Positions 33,564-43,100 of a stretch of DNA of 64,000 bases are shown piece by piece. Source of the stretch: Chloroflexota bacterium (lineage in GTDB: Bacteria > Chloroflexota > Limnocylindria > Limnocylindrales > CSP1-4). The notes beneath the pieces are model-generated. The model was not told the origin of the DNA and made no database searches. It saw nothing but the letters and a program-made list of their open reading frames with translations. Each line of letters begins with the position of its first letter. Positions within the stretch are counted from its first letter, which is position 1. Location: positions 8,135 to 72,134 of the forward strand of contig DAOTXE010000054.1 of the NCBI GenBank assembly GCA_034435355.1. Reading direction: 5' to 3'. A program made the position numbers and the translations under genes.

Positions 33564-34730
33564 TCAGGGCCGGTACTCGACGCCCTTCGCGGAAGTCGAG
33601 CCCGGCCGCGACGGTAGCGCCGTCCCCACCAGCGGCAGGTAGGATGCCAGGCCGCGCCGCCCGCATTCCGCCGCCAGCTCGCCCGCCAGCCGGACGGGCA
33701 GGGTCGGGTCGGCGAAGATCGCCGTTCCCACCTGGACCGCGACCGCGCCGGCAGCCAGGAAGTCGAGGACATCGTCGAGCCCGGTGACACCCCCGATCGC
33801 GACGATCGGGATGCGCACGACCTGGGCAACCTCGTACACGATCCGCAGCGCGACGGGCTTGATGGCCGGCCCGGAGAGCCCGCCGTACGTGTTGCCCAGG
33901 AAGGGGCCTGAACGGTCGCGGCGGAGCGCCATGCCCGACAGCGTGTTGATCGCGGAGAGTGCGTCCGCACCCGCCTCGGCGATCGCCGCCGCGATCGGCC
34001 GGATGTCGGCGACGTTGGGCGACAGCTTGACGATGAGCGGCAGCTCCGTTGCCCGGCGCACCGCGCGCGTCACGGCGGCCGCGGCATCCTGGTCGATCGC
34101 GAACTGGAGCCCGCCCTTCCCGACGTTCGGGCAGCTGATGTTCAGCTCCACGCCGGCGATCCCCGGCACGAGGTCGAGCTTCCGGACGACGTCCACGTAG
34201 TCCTCGATCGACTCCCCGGCGACGTTCACGATGACAGGGACCTGCCAGCCGGCCCATTGCGCCGCGTAGCGCTCCAGCACTGCATCGACGCCGGGGTTCT
34301 GGAGGCCGATCGAGTTGAGCATGCCGCCCGGCGTCTCGGTGACCCGCGGAGGGCGGTTTCCCTGGCGCGGCCGGAGGGTGGTTCCCTTGCAGCAGATCGC
34401 GCCGAGACGTTCGATCTCCACGACGTCGGCGTATTCCACCCCGTAGCCGAACGTCCCCGAGGCGACGAGGATCGGGTTGCGGAGAACGAGCCCGCGCCCG
34501 AGGTCGACCGTCAGGTCCACGTTCGGGGCTGCCGGTCGGATGGCCGGGGCACCGGACCCCGACGACGCCGCCGTGAGGCGCGGACGCGTACTCGGCCGCG
34601 GCTCGATGATGGCGCTCCGGATGGTGCGGACGGTCGGCGTCCGACGCGTCCGTGGGACGAAGCCGCTCCCCGCGCCCCCGGACGGGGACGACCCCTTTCC
34701 CTGCGTGACGACGCGGCGCTTCGCCTTCAT
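33564..34730 (-). CDS. pyrD: Dihydroorotate dehydrogenase, class 1B catalytic subunit, with a roughly 70-aa basic N-terminal extension
   Basis: ASGTFGYG, NISCPN, GGLSGPAIKP. ATG 34730 overlaps the pyrK stop (ATGA). An alternative GTG 34520 would remove the extension. Confidence 0.88.
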   Translation of the reverse strand: MKAKRRVVTQGKGSSPSGGAGSGFVPRTRRTPTVRTIRSAIIEPRPSTRPRLTAASSGSGAPAIRPAAPNVDLTVDLGRGLVLRNPILVASGTFGYGVEYADVVEIERLGAICCKGTTLRPRQGNRPPRVTETPGGMLNSIGLQNPGVDAVLERYAAQWAGWQVPVIVNVAGESIEDYVDVVRKLDLVPGIAGVELNISCPNVGKGGLQFAIDQDAAAAVTRAVRRATELPLIVKLSPNVADIRPIAAAIAEAGADALSAINTLSGMALRRDRSGPFLGNTYGGLSGPAIKPVALRIVYEVAQVVRIPIVAIGGVTGLDDVLDFLAAGAVAVQVGTAIFADPTLPVRLAGELAAECGRRGLASYLPLVGTALPSRPGSTSAKGVEYRP

Positions 34731-35605
34731 CGCCCGTGCGACCCCGCTCCGGCCGTCGCCTCCCAGTCGATCTCGTCGAAGGCGAACACCGGTCCCTCGC
34801 GGCAGACCCGCTGGGGCCCGTCCACGCCCCAGATCACGCAGCCCAGGCATGCGCCGACGGCACACCCCATGTTCTGCTCCATCGCCACCTGCAGGAATGC
34901 GCGCTTCCGTGCCGCGGGCGACCCGAGCGGGACCGGCCGGCCGCCCCCCTTCTTGCGGCCCAGCGTCGCGACGCCGAGGCGGCGTGTCCGGCCTGCCACG
35001 AGGCCTGCCAGCGTGCGCAGCATCGGGAGCGGGCCGCATGCGAAGGCCTGGTCGGCCCACGCCTCGTAGTCGAGCACCAGGTCGGTCACGAACCCGTGGT
35101 GGCCCACGGACCCGTCGTCCGTGGCAACCAGGTATTCGACCTCGTCCGGGAGCAGCGACGAGGGATAGACCTCGGACACGTCGCGGCAACCGTAGAGGAG
35201 CACCACCTGCCGGCCGTCCCGAAGCGCCTCGTCGACGAGCATCCGGAGGTCGGCGATCCCCAGCCCACCGGCCACGAGAAGGAGGTGCCGGCTCCGCGCA
35301 TCGACCTGGAACCCCTGCCCGAGCGGCCCCAGCATGTCGATCCGCTCGCCCGGGCGGAGGCGCGTCAGCCAGGCCGTCCCGCGGCCGACCTCCCGAAAGT
35401 GAAGCGATATCGAGCCGGTCACCGGGTCGGCCGTGTTGATCGTGAACGGCCGGCGCAGGACGAGCCCCGACCAGTCACCTGTCCGGACATGGACGAACTG
35501 CCCGGCGCGTGCGCTGGCCGCGAGGGCGGGAGCGTGATACTGCTGGAGCCACTGGCCCGGCAGGATCTGCCGGCTTTCCTGGAGCTCCGCGTCGACGAGC
35601 TGCAT
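34727..35605 (-). CDS. pyrK: Dihydroorotate dehydrogenase electron-transfer subunit
   Basis: RPFTI FAD-binding motif, LLVAGGLGI, and C-terminal MGCAVGACLGC...C [2Fe-2S] cysteines. Confidence 0.9.
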   Translation of the reverse strand: MQLVDAELQESRQILPGQWLQQYHAPALAASARAGQFVHVRTGDWSGLVLRRPFTINTADPVTGSISLHFREVGRGTAWLTRLRPGERIDMLGPLGQGFQVDARSRHLLLVAGGLGIADLRMLVDEALRDGRQVVLLYGCRDVSEVYPSSLLPDEVEYLVATDDGSVGHHGFVTDLVLDYEAWADQAFACGPLPMLRTLAGLVAGRTRRLGVATLGRKKGGGRPVPLGSPAARKRAFLQVAMEQNMGCAVGACLGCVIWGVDGPQRVCREGPVFAFDEIDWEATAGAGSHGR

Positions 35606-35670
35606 TCGGCGCCCCTGCTATCGGCGGAGCCGGACGGTCCCGCCGATGCCGGCGGCCGTCGCGTCGGCGG

Positions 35671-36600
35671 CTAGCCGTCCGTCCCCGGAGCGGGTTCCTC
35701 CCGGTCCGATTCGTCCCCGTCCGATTCGTCCCCGTCCGATTCGTCCCCGTCCGACTCGTCCTCGTCGGCCTCGTCGAGCTCCGGTGCGACGGCGGGGTAT
35801 GCCTCCGCGATCGCGTCCGCGATGTCGCCGAAGACGTCCGTCGGATCGTAGAACTCCACGAGCTCCTCGGGCGTCGTGAGCTTGCGCCACTCGCCCTCGT
35901 CGCCTTCCGGCTCGACCTCGGCACGGATCTGGCCGGCGCGTGTCAGGGTGAGGCGCTCGTCGTCGTCGTCGATGACGATCAGGTCGCCCAGCTGCTCGGC
36001 AAGGCCGCCGGCCGTGTGCTGGAACTGCTCGATCAGGCGAGCTTCCGACAGCTGGCTCCGCTCCTGGAACGTGAGCGCGAGGTCGTAGAGCTTGTGCGCG
36101 GCGGACGTCTCGTCGTCGGCGTCGAGCGGCTGGCCGGCCGCCCAGTCGTCCGCAGCTCCGGCATAGGCGGCATCCGCCTCCGGAGAGATCGACTGCTCCG
36201 AGCCGATCCCCGCGACGCTGAGGAGATCCTCCGCGGCCGTTGGCTCCGGCTCGAGGCCGGCGGCCTCCCGGGCAGCCTCTGCGAACGCCGCGTAGATGTC
36301 GGCCGGGTTGTAGAGCTCGACGAGCTCGGCGCCGCTCTCGATCACCTCGGTCTCGCTCACCCACTCCCCGGTCGTCTCGTCCTGGAACCGGGTCCGGCTT
36401 CGGAAGGACAGGTCGGGCGCGACGGAGAGGTAGTCCGGGTCGTCATCGATCAGGGTCATGCCCCCGATCACCTTGATCCTGTCGGCGTTCGCGTCGAGAA
36501 AGCCCTGCAGCTGCTCGGCGGCGCGGACGAGGAAATCGGATCGCTCCAGGGCGGCGTCGCGGGCGAGCTCGCCGAGCAGATCGGTGCGGTTCGCGTCCAT
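35671..36600 (-). CDS. Highly acidic protein of unknown function with an internal duplication and a (DESDG)4 tail
   Basis: Two roughly 90-aa modules are alignable by eye (..LIDDDPDYL..GEWVSETEV..ELVELYNPADIYAAFAEAAREA and ..VIDDDDERL..GEWRKLTTP..ELVEFYDPTDVFGDIADAIAEAY). Coding-like composition. Confidence 0.75.
   Translation of the reverse strand: MDANRTDLLGELARDAALERSDFLVRAAEQLQGFLDANADRIKVIGGMTLIDDDPDYLSVAPDLSFRSRTRFQDETTGEWVSETEVIESGAELVELYNPADIYAAFAEAAREAAGLEPEPTAAEDLLSVAGIGSEQSISPEADAAYAGAADDWAAGQPLDADDETSAAHKLYDLALTFQERSQLSEARLIEQFQHTAGGLAEQLGDLIVIDDDDERLTLTRAGQIRAEVEPEGDEGEWRKLTTPEELVEFYDPTDVFGDIADAIAEAYPAVAPELDEADEDESDGDESDGDESDGDESDREEPAPGTDG
35704..35763. repeat. 15-bp tandem repeat x4 (GTCCGATTCGTCCCC x3 plus GTCCGACTCGTCCTC) encoding the DESDG repeats
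   Basis: Read directly inside the 3' end of the acidic-protein gene. Confidence 0.9.
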
Positions 36601-36652
36601 GGCTGGCGCCTCCTTGTTGGTTCGGTACCCGGGCCGTCGTCGGCGCCAGGAC

Positions 36653-36979
36653 CTAGGGGTGATAGACGAGGTCGGTGCCCATCCGCTCGCGGAGGAACAT
36701 CGAGTGGTGACGCTCGAAGATCCACTCGCCTGCCCGGTGGCCCAGCGCGCGGGTCGCCTCGTCGGCCTCGAGCTTGTCGAGCGTCGCGTAGTCCGGCAGG
36801 TCCAGCAGGATCACGTTGTCGAAATCCCAGCCGTGGGCCACGTTGTACCAGCCGAGAAAGCGGATCCCGAACTTGGTCTCGTACTCGTGCACCTGCCGCG
36901 GGAAGATGGTGCGCATGAAGAACTTGAAGAATGGGTCGCGCCCGCGCCGGACCGAGAAGTAGGTCGCGAGCACCGGCAC
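36653..36979 (-). CDS. 108-aa hypothetical protein
   Basis: Clean ORF with coding-like composition. I recognise no family for FLGWYNVAHGWDFDNVILLDLPDYATLDKLE. Confidence 0.65.
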   Translation of the reverse strand: MPVLATYFSVRRGRDPFFKFFMRTIFPRQVHEYETKFGIRFLGWYNVAHGWDFDNVILLDLPDYATLDKLEADEATRALGHRAGEWIFERHHSMFLRERMGTDLVYHP

Positions 36980-37059
36980 GAACGTCAGCCCTCCCTCAAT
37001 CGCCGGCCCTCCCGGCGGCCGGGGGTGCGCCCCCGGTCGGTCGCTGGCAGCGACCGCGC

Positions 37060-37602
37060 CTATTCTCGCATGCTCGCCGACCCGGGCTCGACCGTCGGCG
37101 GATCGGGCGTCCCGGGCTCGGCGGCTTCGGGCGCGTCCCCTGCGACGCTGGCGGCGAGGCCGGCCCCGGCCCCGCCCTCCGGTGGGGCCGGATCCAGGGA
37201 ATCCTCGAGCTCGCCGACCGTGGGCGTGGGACTCGCGAGCGGCCGGCGGCGTCCCACCTCGCGGCGATCGGCGGCCACCAGGCGGAGCAGGAAGATCATC
37301 GTCTGACCCACGAAGAGGAGCAGGCCCAGCACGATGAACAGGAGCACCGCGAGGACCTCGTACGGCCAGTCCAGGTTCACGCCGATCGGGATCAGCACCA
37401 GGAAGATCGCGAGGACCGCCGCCTGGAACCAGAAACAGCCCAGGCCGGGACCGCGGGCGGGGTCCAGCTCCTCTCCTTTATAGGCGGGGCGGTGGGTTCC
37501 CACGTCGGCAGAGCTGCGCCGGGCGCCGGCCGCCGGCATGTCCCCGGCGTGCCGCGATCGCTCGGGGTCGGGAGCGGGCGCGGGTGTCGCGTCGTCGGTC
37601 AC
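37060..37602 (-). CDS. Hypothetical membrane protein with two adjacent TM helices and Pro/Ala/Gly-rich termini
   Basis: GCFWFQAAVLAIFLVLIPIGV and VLAVLLFIVLGLLLFVGQTMIFLL. Confidence 0.6.
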   Translation of the reverse strand: MTDDATPAPAPDPERSRHAGDMPAAGARRSSADVGTHRPAYKGEELDPARGPGLGCFWFQAAVLAIFLVLIPIGVNLDWPYEVLAVLLFIVLGLLLFVGQTMIFLLRLVAADRREVGRRRPLASPTPTVGELEDSLDPAPPEGGAGAGLAASVAGDAPEAAEPGTPDPPTVEPGSASMRE

Positions 37603-37671
37603 GGGCTCGGAGTCCTCGGCGGCGATGGGCGGTTCGGTCGGATCGGCCCAGACAATACGCCCGGGCGATCC

Positions 37672-38283
37672 CTAGCGTCCGAAGATCCGGCCGCCCCGCC
37701 GATCCGAGCCGGTCGTCGCCGGGGCCGGCGTCTCGCGCAGCCCGTGACGCCTGAGAAGCGCATCGATCTCCGCGGCGTACGGCCGTCCCTCGGGCTTCTT
37801 CTCCAGCCACTGGAGATAGCCGGCGTCGTAGCGGGCGATCTCCCCGAGCGACCAGCCATAGAACACCCCGAAGTCCACGACGCTCCCCGACGGATTCCCT
37901 GGAGGAGCGCCCGCGGCCCCGGTCCAGGGTGGGGCCGAGCTGGGCGGCATCGGGCGGGATCCGGCCGCGGGTTGGGCCTGGCGCTGCCCGGAGCCACTCG
38001 TGGCCGGGGCTCGCGTGGCCCGACCGACGCCCGATCCGCCACGTTCGCGGTGGTACGCCGCTCGACGCTCGGGCGTGCCGATCGCCTCCCAGGCGGCGTT
38101 GAGCTCGCGCATCCGCTGCTCGCCGTCGGGCCCGGCGACGTCGGGGTGGTGGCGCTGGGCCAGCGCGCGATAGGCGGCTCGCAGGACGGCGTCGTCCGCG
38201 TTGGACGCCACCTGGAGCACCTCGTACGGGTCGCGTTCCTCGGTCACGGGACGAGCACCGCCCCCCTCCACCCTCGCCGGCAC
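37672..38283 (-). CDS. J-domain (DnaJ-like) protein with a C-terminal DUF3820-like segment
   Basis: DPYEVLQV...AAYRALAQRHHPDV (HPD tripeptide). The C-terminus FGVFYGWSLGEIARYDAGYLQWL resembles the FGKYKG..L.EI...YL.WL motif. The start may be a few codons downstream. Confidence 0.75.
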   Translation of the reverse strand: MPARVEGGGARPVTEERDPYEVLQVASNADDAVLRAAYRALAQRHHPDVAGPDGEQRMRELNAAWEAIGTPERRAAYHRERGGSGVGRATRAPATSGSGQRQAQPAAGSRPMPPSSAPPWTGAAGAPPGNPSGSVVDFGVFYGWSLGEIARYDAGYLQWLEKKPEGRPYAAEIDALLRRHGLRETPAPATTGSDRRGGRIFGR

Positions 38284-38390
38284 GCGATGGGATGCCGGAC
38301 CCGTCGAGTATGCCGCACCGGCACGTCCCGCGGAACACCCTGAAGACGGCCGATGGCCCCGCGTGGGGCCGTCCGCTAGGATGACCGTCG

Positions 38391-40097
38391 ATGGACGACG
38401 CGACCGCCGATCCGCTCGCCCGGTTCCGCTGGCACCCGGAGCCGGAGCTCCTGGGCATCGGCGACGAGTCCACGAGCCGCGAGGCGCTCGAGCGCCTCGG
38501 TGCCGCGGCGTGGCGGACGAGCCTGGACTACCTCTACCGCGAGGGCGTCCGCCGGGGTTCGAGCCCCGACACGTACGCGGAGCTGCGCGAGCGCTACTTC
38601 GGGGTGGCCGGCGCGCCCTGCGCAGCGCCGGCCACCCCGACGCCGGCCGCGGAGATCCTCCGGGAGTTCACGACACGCCTCGCGCCGTACATGCTCAACC
38701 CGTACCACCCCGGCGTCCTCTCCTACTTCACACCGCCCCCGCTCGCGCTTTCGATCGTCGGCGAGCTTCTCGCCCAGTGGATCAACCAGGGCATCGACGT
38801 CCACCAGGCCGGTCCGGTCGGGGCGTTCGTGGAGGAGGAGGTCAACCGCTGGCTGTGCGACCTCGTCGGGTACGGGGCGGGGAGCTGGGGCGTGCTGACG
38901 TCTGGCGGCACGATGGCAAACCTGATGGCACTCATGGTGGTCCGCGACGTGCACCTGGCACGGCTCCTCGCAGCCGCAGCGTCCGGGCTTCCCGCGGGAG
39001 CAGGAGCTGGTCTCCCCGCCGGGCTCGCACCGGATCCCGCCGGGCTCGCCGAGCGGGACGCGGACAACGTCCCGGCCATGCCGCGCGGGGCGGCGCTCGA
39101 TGGCGTCCGCGTCTATGCGAGCGACCAGGCGCACTACTCGATCGCCAAGGCGCTCGACGTCCTCGGCTTCCCCGCGGAGACCCTGCACGTCGTGCCGTCC
39201 GACGATCGGTTCCGCCTCCGTGGCGAGGCCGTCGAACGGGCGATCGCCGACGACGCCGCCAGGGGCCTGCGTCCGCTCGCGATCGCCGCCGTCGCCGGGA
39301 GCACGAACACGGGGTCCGTGGACCCGACGGGCGCGCTTGCCGACGTGGCGGCTGCGCACGGACTCTGGCTCCACGTGGACGCGGCCTACGGCGGCGCCAC
39401 GCTTCTCTCCGCGCGCGACGCGGCCAGGGTTCCGGACCTCGCCCGGGCCGACTCGATCACGATCGACCCGCACAAGTGGTTCTTCCAGGCCTACGACATC
39501 GGCGGGCTCCTCGTGCGCCGCCGGGACGACCTCCTCCAGACCTTCCACCGGGCACCCGAGTACTACCGCCACGGCCACCCGGGCGAGGAACCGATCAACT
39601 GGCACCAGTACAGCTTCGAGGGGACGCGGCGATTCCGGGCGCTCAAGCTCTGGACCAGCTGGAAGCACCTCGGGACGGCGGGCCTCGGGCGGCTCGTCGA
39701 GATGAACAACGACCTGGCCGCCCACCTCGCGGCGCGGATCGCGGCCAGCGACGACCTCGAGCCGATCCCGGCCGGCGACCCCGACCTCTCCGTCGTCTGC
39801 TTCCGCCACGTCCCGGGCGGGCGGGCCCGGGTGGCGGCGCTCGAAGCGTCGGACCAGGCCGCGCTGGACCGCTACACGGACCTGCTGTGCGCTGCCCTGG
39901 TCCGCTCCGGCGAGGGCTGGCTCTCGACCACGATCCTGCGCGGACGGACATGCCTGCGCGCCGGGGTCGTCAACTACCTGAGCTCGCCCGAGGCCGTCGA
40001 TGCCCTCCTCGCGACCCTCCGGCGGCTGGCGCCCGCCGCAGCAGTGGCGGCGGGGATCTCCGTCTACATCGAGTCCGATCCGGCCGCGTCCCGGTAG
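38391..40097 (+). CDS. Group II pyridoxal-phosphate-dependent amino-acid decarboxylase
   Basis: SGGTMANLMAL, HVDAAYGG, TIDPHKW (PLP lysine). Confidence 0.85.
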   Translation: MDDATADPLARFRWHPEPELLGIGDESTSREALERLGAAAWRTSLDYLYREGVRRGSSPDTYAELRERYFGVAGAPCAAPATPTPAAEILREFTTRLAPYMLNPYHPGVLSYFTPPPLALSIVGELLAQWINQGIDVHQAGPVGAFVEEEVNRWLCDLVGYGAGSWGVLTSGGTMANLMALMVVRDVHLARLLAAAASGLPAGAGAGLPAGLAPDPAGLAERDADNVPAMPRGAALDGVRVYASDQAHYSIAKALDVLGFPAETLHVVPSDDRFRLRGEAVERAIADDAARGLRPLAIAAVAGSTNTGSVDPTGALADVAAAHGLWLHVDAAYGGATLLSARDAARVPDLARADSITIDPHKWFFQAYDIGGLLVRRRDDLLQTFHRAPEYYRHGHPGEEPINWHQYSFEGTRRFRALKLWTSWKHLGTAGLGRLVEMNNDLAAHLAARIAASDDLEPIPAGDPDLSVVCFRHVPGGRARVAALEASDQAALDRYTDLLCAALVRSGEGWLSTTILRGRTCLRAGVVNYLSSPEAVDALLATLRRLAPAAAVAAGISVYIESDPAASR

Positions 40098-41503
40098 GCG
40101 AGCCGGCCCTGGGCCAGCGTCAGCAGCACCCGACCGGGCAGCTCGCGACCGAGCAGTGGCGTGTTCTTTCCACGTGACGCAAGGGCGTCCGCCGCGACGC
40201 GCCAGCGGTCGCCGGCGTCCACGACGACGAGATCCGCGGGTGCGCCCAGCGAGAGCCCGCGCGCGGCCCCGCGCCGGCCCGGACGAGGGCCCAGGAGCGC
40301 CGCGGGTCCGACCGTGAGCGCCTCGACGGCGCGCCGAAGCGTCAGCCTCCCTGCACCGACCGCCTCCAGGAGCACGCCAAACGCCGTCTCGAGGCCGCTG
40401 ATCCCGTTCACGGCGAGGCCGAACTCGGTGTCCTTGTCGACGGCCGTGTGCGGCGCGTGGTCGGTCACGACCGCGTCGGCCGTGCCGTCCGCGAGGGAAG
40501 CCAGGCAGGCCGCCGCGTCGATCGGGCTGCGGAGCGGCGGATTGACCCGGCAGGCGGTCGAGTACGGGTGCGCGACGAGCGCACCGTCGGCCCACGGATC
40601 GCGTGCGCCACCCGCCTGGTCGAGCGCCTCCCAGGCCCATCGCCGCGAGCCGGCGACCCACTCGTCCGTGAACCCGAGGTGGTGTGGCGTCACGTCGCAG
40701 GTGACCGGCAGCCCGGCCGCCTTCGCGCGCCGCACGGCGTCGAGCGCCCCGGACGTCGAGAGGTGCGTGAGGTGGAGCCGGGCGCCCGCTGCGTCGGAAC
40801 GCACCGAGTCGAGGATCGCGATTGCCCGTTCCACCGCCATGATCTCGGCGGCAGCGGGCCAGCCCTTGAGGCCGAGGATGGTGGCGACGTAGCCCTCGTT
40901 CGCCTCGGCGCCCGAGGTCAGGGTCGGGTCCTCCGCGTGCTCCACGATCGGGAGGCCGAGCATCCCGGCGTAGAGCAGCGCGTTGCGGAGCAGGATCGCG
41001 CTCCTGACCGGCGAGCCGTCGTCCGAGAATCCGACGGCACCCGCGTCGGCGAGCTCCCCGAGCGCCGCGAGACGCTCGCCGGCCCGCCCGACCGTCACGG
41101 CGCCGTGTGCCAGAAGCTCCACCGGCGAGCCCGACGCAGCCGCCGCGGCGGCGACCAGCGCCAGGATCCCCGGCTCGTCTGCGGCCGGCGTCGTGTTCGG
41201 CATCGCGCACACGGTCGTGTAGCCGCCGTGCGCGGCCGCGGCGAGCCCGCTCGCGACCGTCTCCGCGTCCTCGTTGCCCGGCTCGCGCAGGTGGACGTGG
41301 AAATCGAGGAACCCCGGGAGGACGAGGATGCCGTCCGGTCCGATGCCGGCGGCCTCGGAGCCCGCGAGCCAGGTCACTGCCTCCAGGACCCCGTCACGTA
41401 CGACGATCTCTCCGGGCCCTTCGCGCCCTTCGACCGGGTCCACCAGCCAGGCGCGACTGATCTCCAGGAGCGGAACGACGTCGCCAACGCGCAGCTCAGG
41501 CAT
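40064..41503 (-). CDS. pyrC: Dihydroorotase
   Basis: PGFLDFHVHLREPG metal-binding motif, in pyr operon context. The 3' end overlaps the convergent decarboxylase by 34 nt. Confidence 0.9.
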   Translation of the reverse strand: MPELRVGDVVPLLEISRAWLVDPVEGREGPGEIVVRDGVLEAVTWLAGSEAAGIGPDGILVLPGFLDFHVHLREPGNEDAETVASGLAAAAHGGYTTVCAMPNTTPAADEPGILALVAAAAAASGSPVELLAHGAVTVGRAGERLAALGELADAGAVGFSDDGSPVRSAILLRNALLYAGMLGLPIVEHAEDPTLTSGAEANEGYVATILGLKGWPAAAEIMAVERAIAILDSVRSDAAGARLHLTHLSTSGALDAVRRAKAAGLPVTCDVTPHHLGFTDEWVAGSRRWAWEALDQAGGARDPWADGALVAHPYSTACRVNPPLRSPIDAAACLASLADGTADAVVTDHAPHTAVDKDTEFGLAVNGISGLETAFGVLLEAVGAGRLTLRRAVEALTVGPAALLGPRPGRRGAARGLSLGAPADLVVVDAGDRWRVAADALASRGKNTPLLGRELPGRVLLTLAQGRLAYRDAAGSDSM

Positions 41504-42506
41504 TCGTCACGGCCTCCGGGTGTCCGCCGGCAAGGAGGTAGAGGAGAGCCATCCGGACCGCCACTCCATTCGTCACCTGCTCGGTGATCACGCTTCGGTC
41601 GAGGATCGCCACGTCCGGTGCGATCTCGACGCCCTCGTTCATCGGTCCTGGGTGCATCACGAGCGCAGTCGGTCTTGCCGCGGCCAGGCGCCCCCGGGTC
41701 AGGCCGAACCGCGCCGAGTACTCGCGCAGCGACGGCAGGACCCCGGCGTCCATCCGTTCGCGCTGGAGCCGAAGCGCCATCACGACGTCCGCGTCGCGGA
41801 GCGCCTCGTTCACGTCCGTGGTCAGCGTGAAGCCGGCGTGTCCCGGCACGCGGCCGCCGGCCCAGCGAGCCGCCCAGGCATCGAAGCCGCGCAGGATCGT
41901 GCTCGGGCCGCAGATCCAGAGGTCCGCCCCGGCCGCCGTCAGCGACCACACGTTGGAGCGCGCGACCCGCGAGTGGAGGACATCACCGAGGATGACGACC
42001 TTCCGGCCACGCATGTCGCCGAGGTGTGCCCGCATCGTGTACAGGTCGAGGAGCGCCTGGCTCGGATGGGCATGCCAGCCGTCGCCGCCGTTGAGGATCG
42101 AGCCCGAGAAGACCTCGGCCGCGAGGTACGCCGCGCCCGAGGTCGCGTGCCGCATGACGATCATGTCGGCGCCGAGCGCCTCGATCGTCCGGATCGTGTC
42201 GACGAGCGACTCGCCCTTCGTCACCGACGAGGACGACGCGGCGATGTTCACGACATCCGCCGAGAGGTTCTTGGCGGCGACCTCGAAGCTCACGCGCGTC
42301 CGCGTCGAGGCCTCGTAGAAGAGGATCGTCACGTTCGTGCCGCGCAGGGCCGGCACCTTCGTGATCGGCCGGGCAAGGATCTCCTTCATCGCGTCGGTGG
42401 TCCGCATCACGATCTGGATCTCGTCGAAGGTGAGGACGTCCACGTCCAGGAGATGCTTGTGCCGCCAGCCGGAGCCGGTGTCCGTCGGGGTCCCCATGAC
42501 ATTCAT
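41496..42506 (-). CDS. pyrB: Aspartate carbamoyltransferase catalytic subunit
   Basis: [25 protein letters not shown]. Confidence 0.92.
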   Translation of the reverse strand: MNVMGTPTDTGSGWRHKHLLDVDVLTFDEIQIVMRTTDAMKEILARPITKVPALRGTNVTILFYEASTRTRVSFEVAAKNLSADVVNIAASSSSVTKGESLVDTIRTIEALGADMIVMRHATSGAAYLAAEVFSGSILNGGDGWHAHPSQALLDLYTMRAHLGDMRGRKVVILGDVLHSRVARSNVWSLTAAGADLWICGPSTILRGFDAWAARWAGGRVPGHAGFTLTTDVNEALRDADVVMALRLQRERMDAGVLPSLREYSARFGLTRGRLAAARPTALVMHPGPMNEGVEIAPDVAILDRSVITEQVTNGVAVRMALLYLLAGGHPEAVTNA

Positions 42507-43072
42507 GCCGATGCTCCTCCGGCGGCCCGGGACGGCCGGTCCAGCCGCTCGATTCGCACCGCGTCCTCTCCGTCGACTTCGAGGAGCGAGACACGGACGA
42601 CCTCGTCGCTCGAGGTCGGGACGTTCTTCCCGACGTGGTCGGCACGGATCGGAAGCTCGCGATGGCCCCGGTCCACGAGCACGGCCAGGCGGATGGCCCG
42701 CGGCCGGCCGAAGTCGGCGAGCGCGTCCATCGCCGCTCGAACCGTTCGACCCGTGTAGATGACATCGTCGACGAGCACGACGGTCCGGCCGTTCGGGTCG
42801 ACCGGCAGCCGCGTTCCCTTGACCACCGGGTGCTGCGCGATGAGCGAGAGATCGTCCCGGTAGAACGTGATGTCCAGCGCGCCGACGGGGAGGGCGACGC
42901 CCTCGTGCTCGCCCACGGCGGCGGCCAGGCGTTCGGCGAGGGGGACGCCGCGGCGCTGGATCCCCACGAGCATGAGGTCGTCGGTGCCGGGGTGGTGCTC
43001 GACGAGCTCGTGGGAGATGCGGACGATCGCCCGGCGGATCTCGTCCGCCGTCATGATCTGGCGCCCGCTCAT
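42503..43072 (-). CDS. pyrR: Bifunctional pyr mRNA-binding regulator / uracil phosphoribosyltransferase
   Basis: [35 protein letters not shown] 43072 gives an N-terminus co-linear with B. subtilis PyrR. The track start GTG 43081 is the alternative. Confidence 0.9.
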   Translation of the reverse strand: MSGRQIMTADEIRRAIVRISHELVEHHPGTDDLMLVGIQRRGVPLAERLAAAVGEHEGVALPVGALDITFYRDDLSLIAQHPVVKGTRLPVDPNGRTVVLVDDVIYTGRTVRAAMDALADFGRPRAIRLAVLVDRGHRELPIRADHVGKNVPTSSDEVVRVSLLEVDGEDAVRIERLDRPSRAAGGASA

Positions 43073-43100
43073 GGGGCGCACCCGCGTCGTGTCATTGCAT

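Noticed and set aside
35606-35670. Overlapping alternative hairpins (GGCGG...CCGCC versus CCGCCG-ATGC-CGGCGG) upstream of pyrK, as a possible attenuator.
   Set aside because: There is no GAGAGGC PyrR motif and no U-tract. Short G/C stems like these arise readily by chance in this composition.
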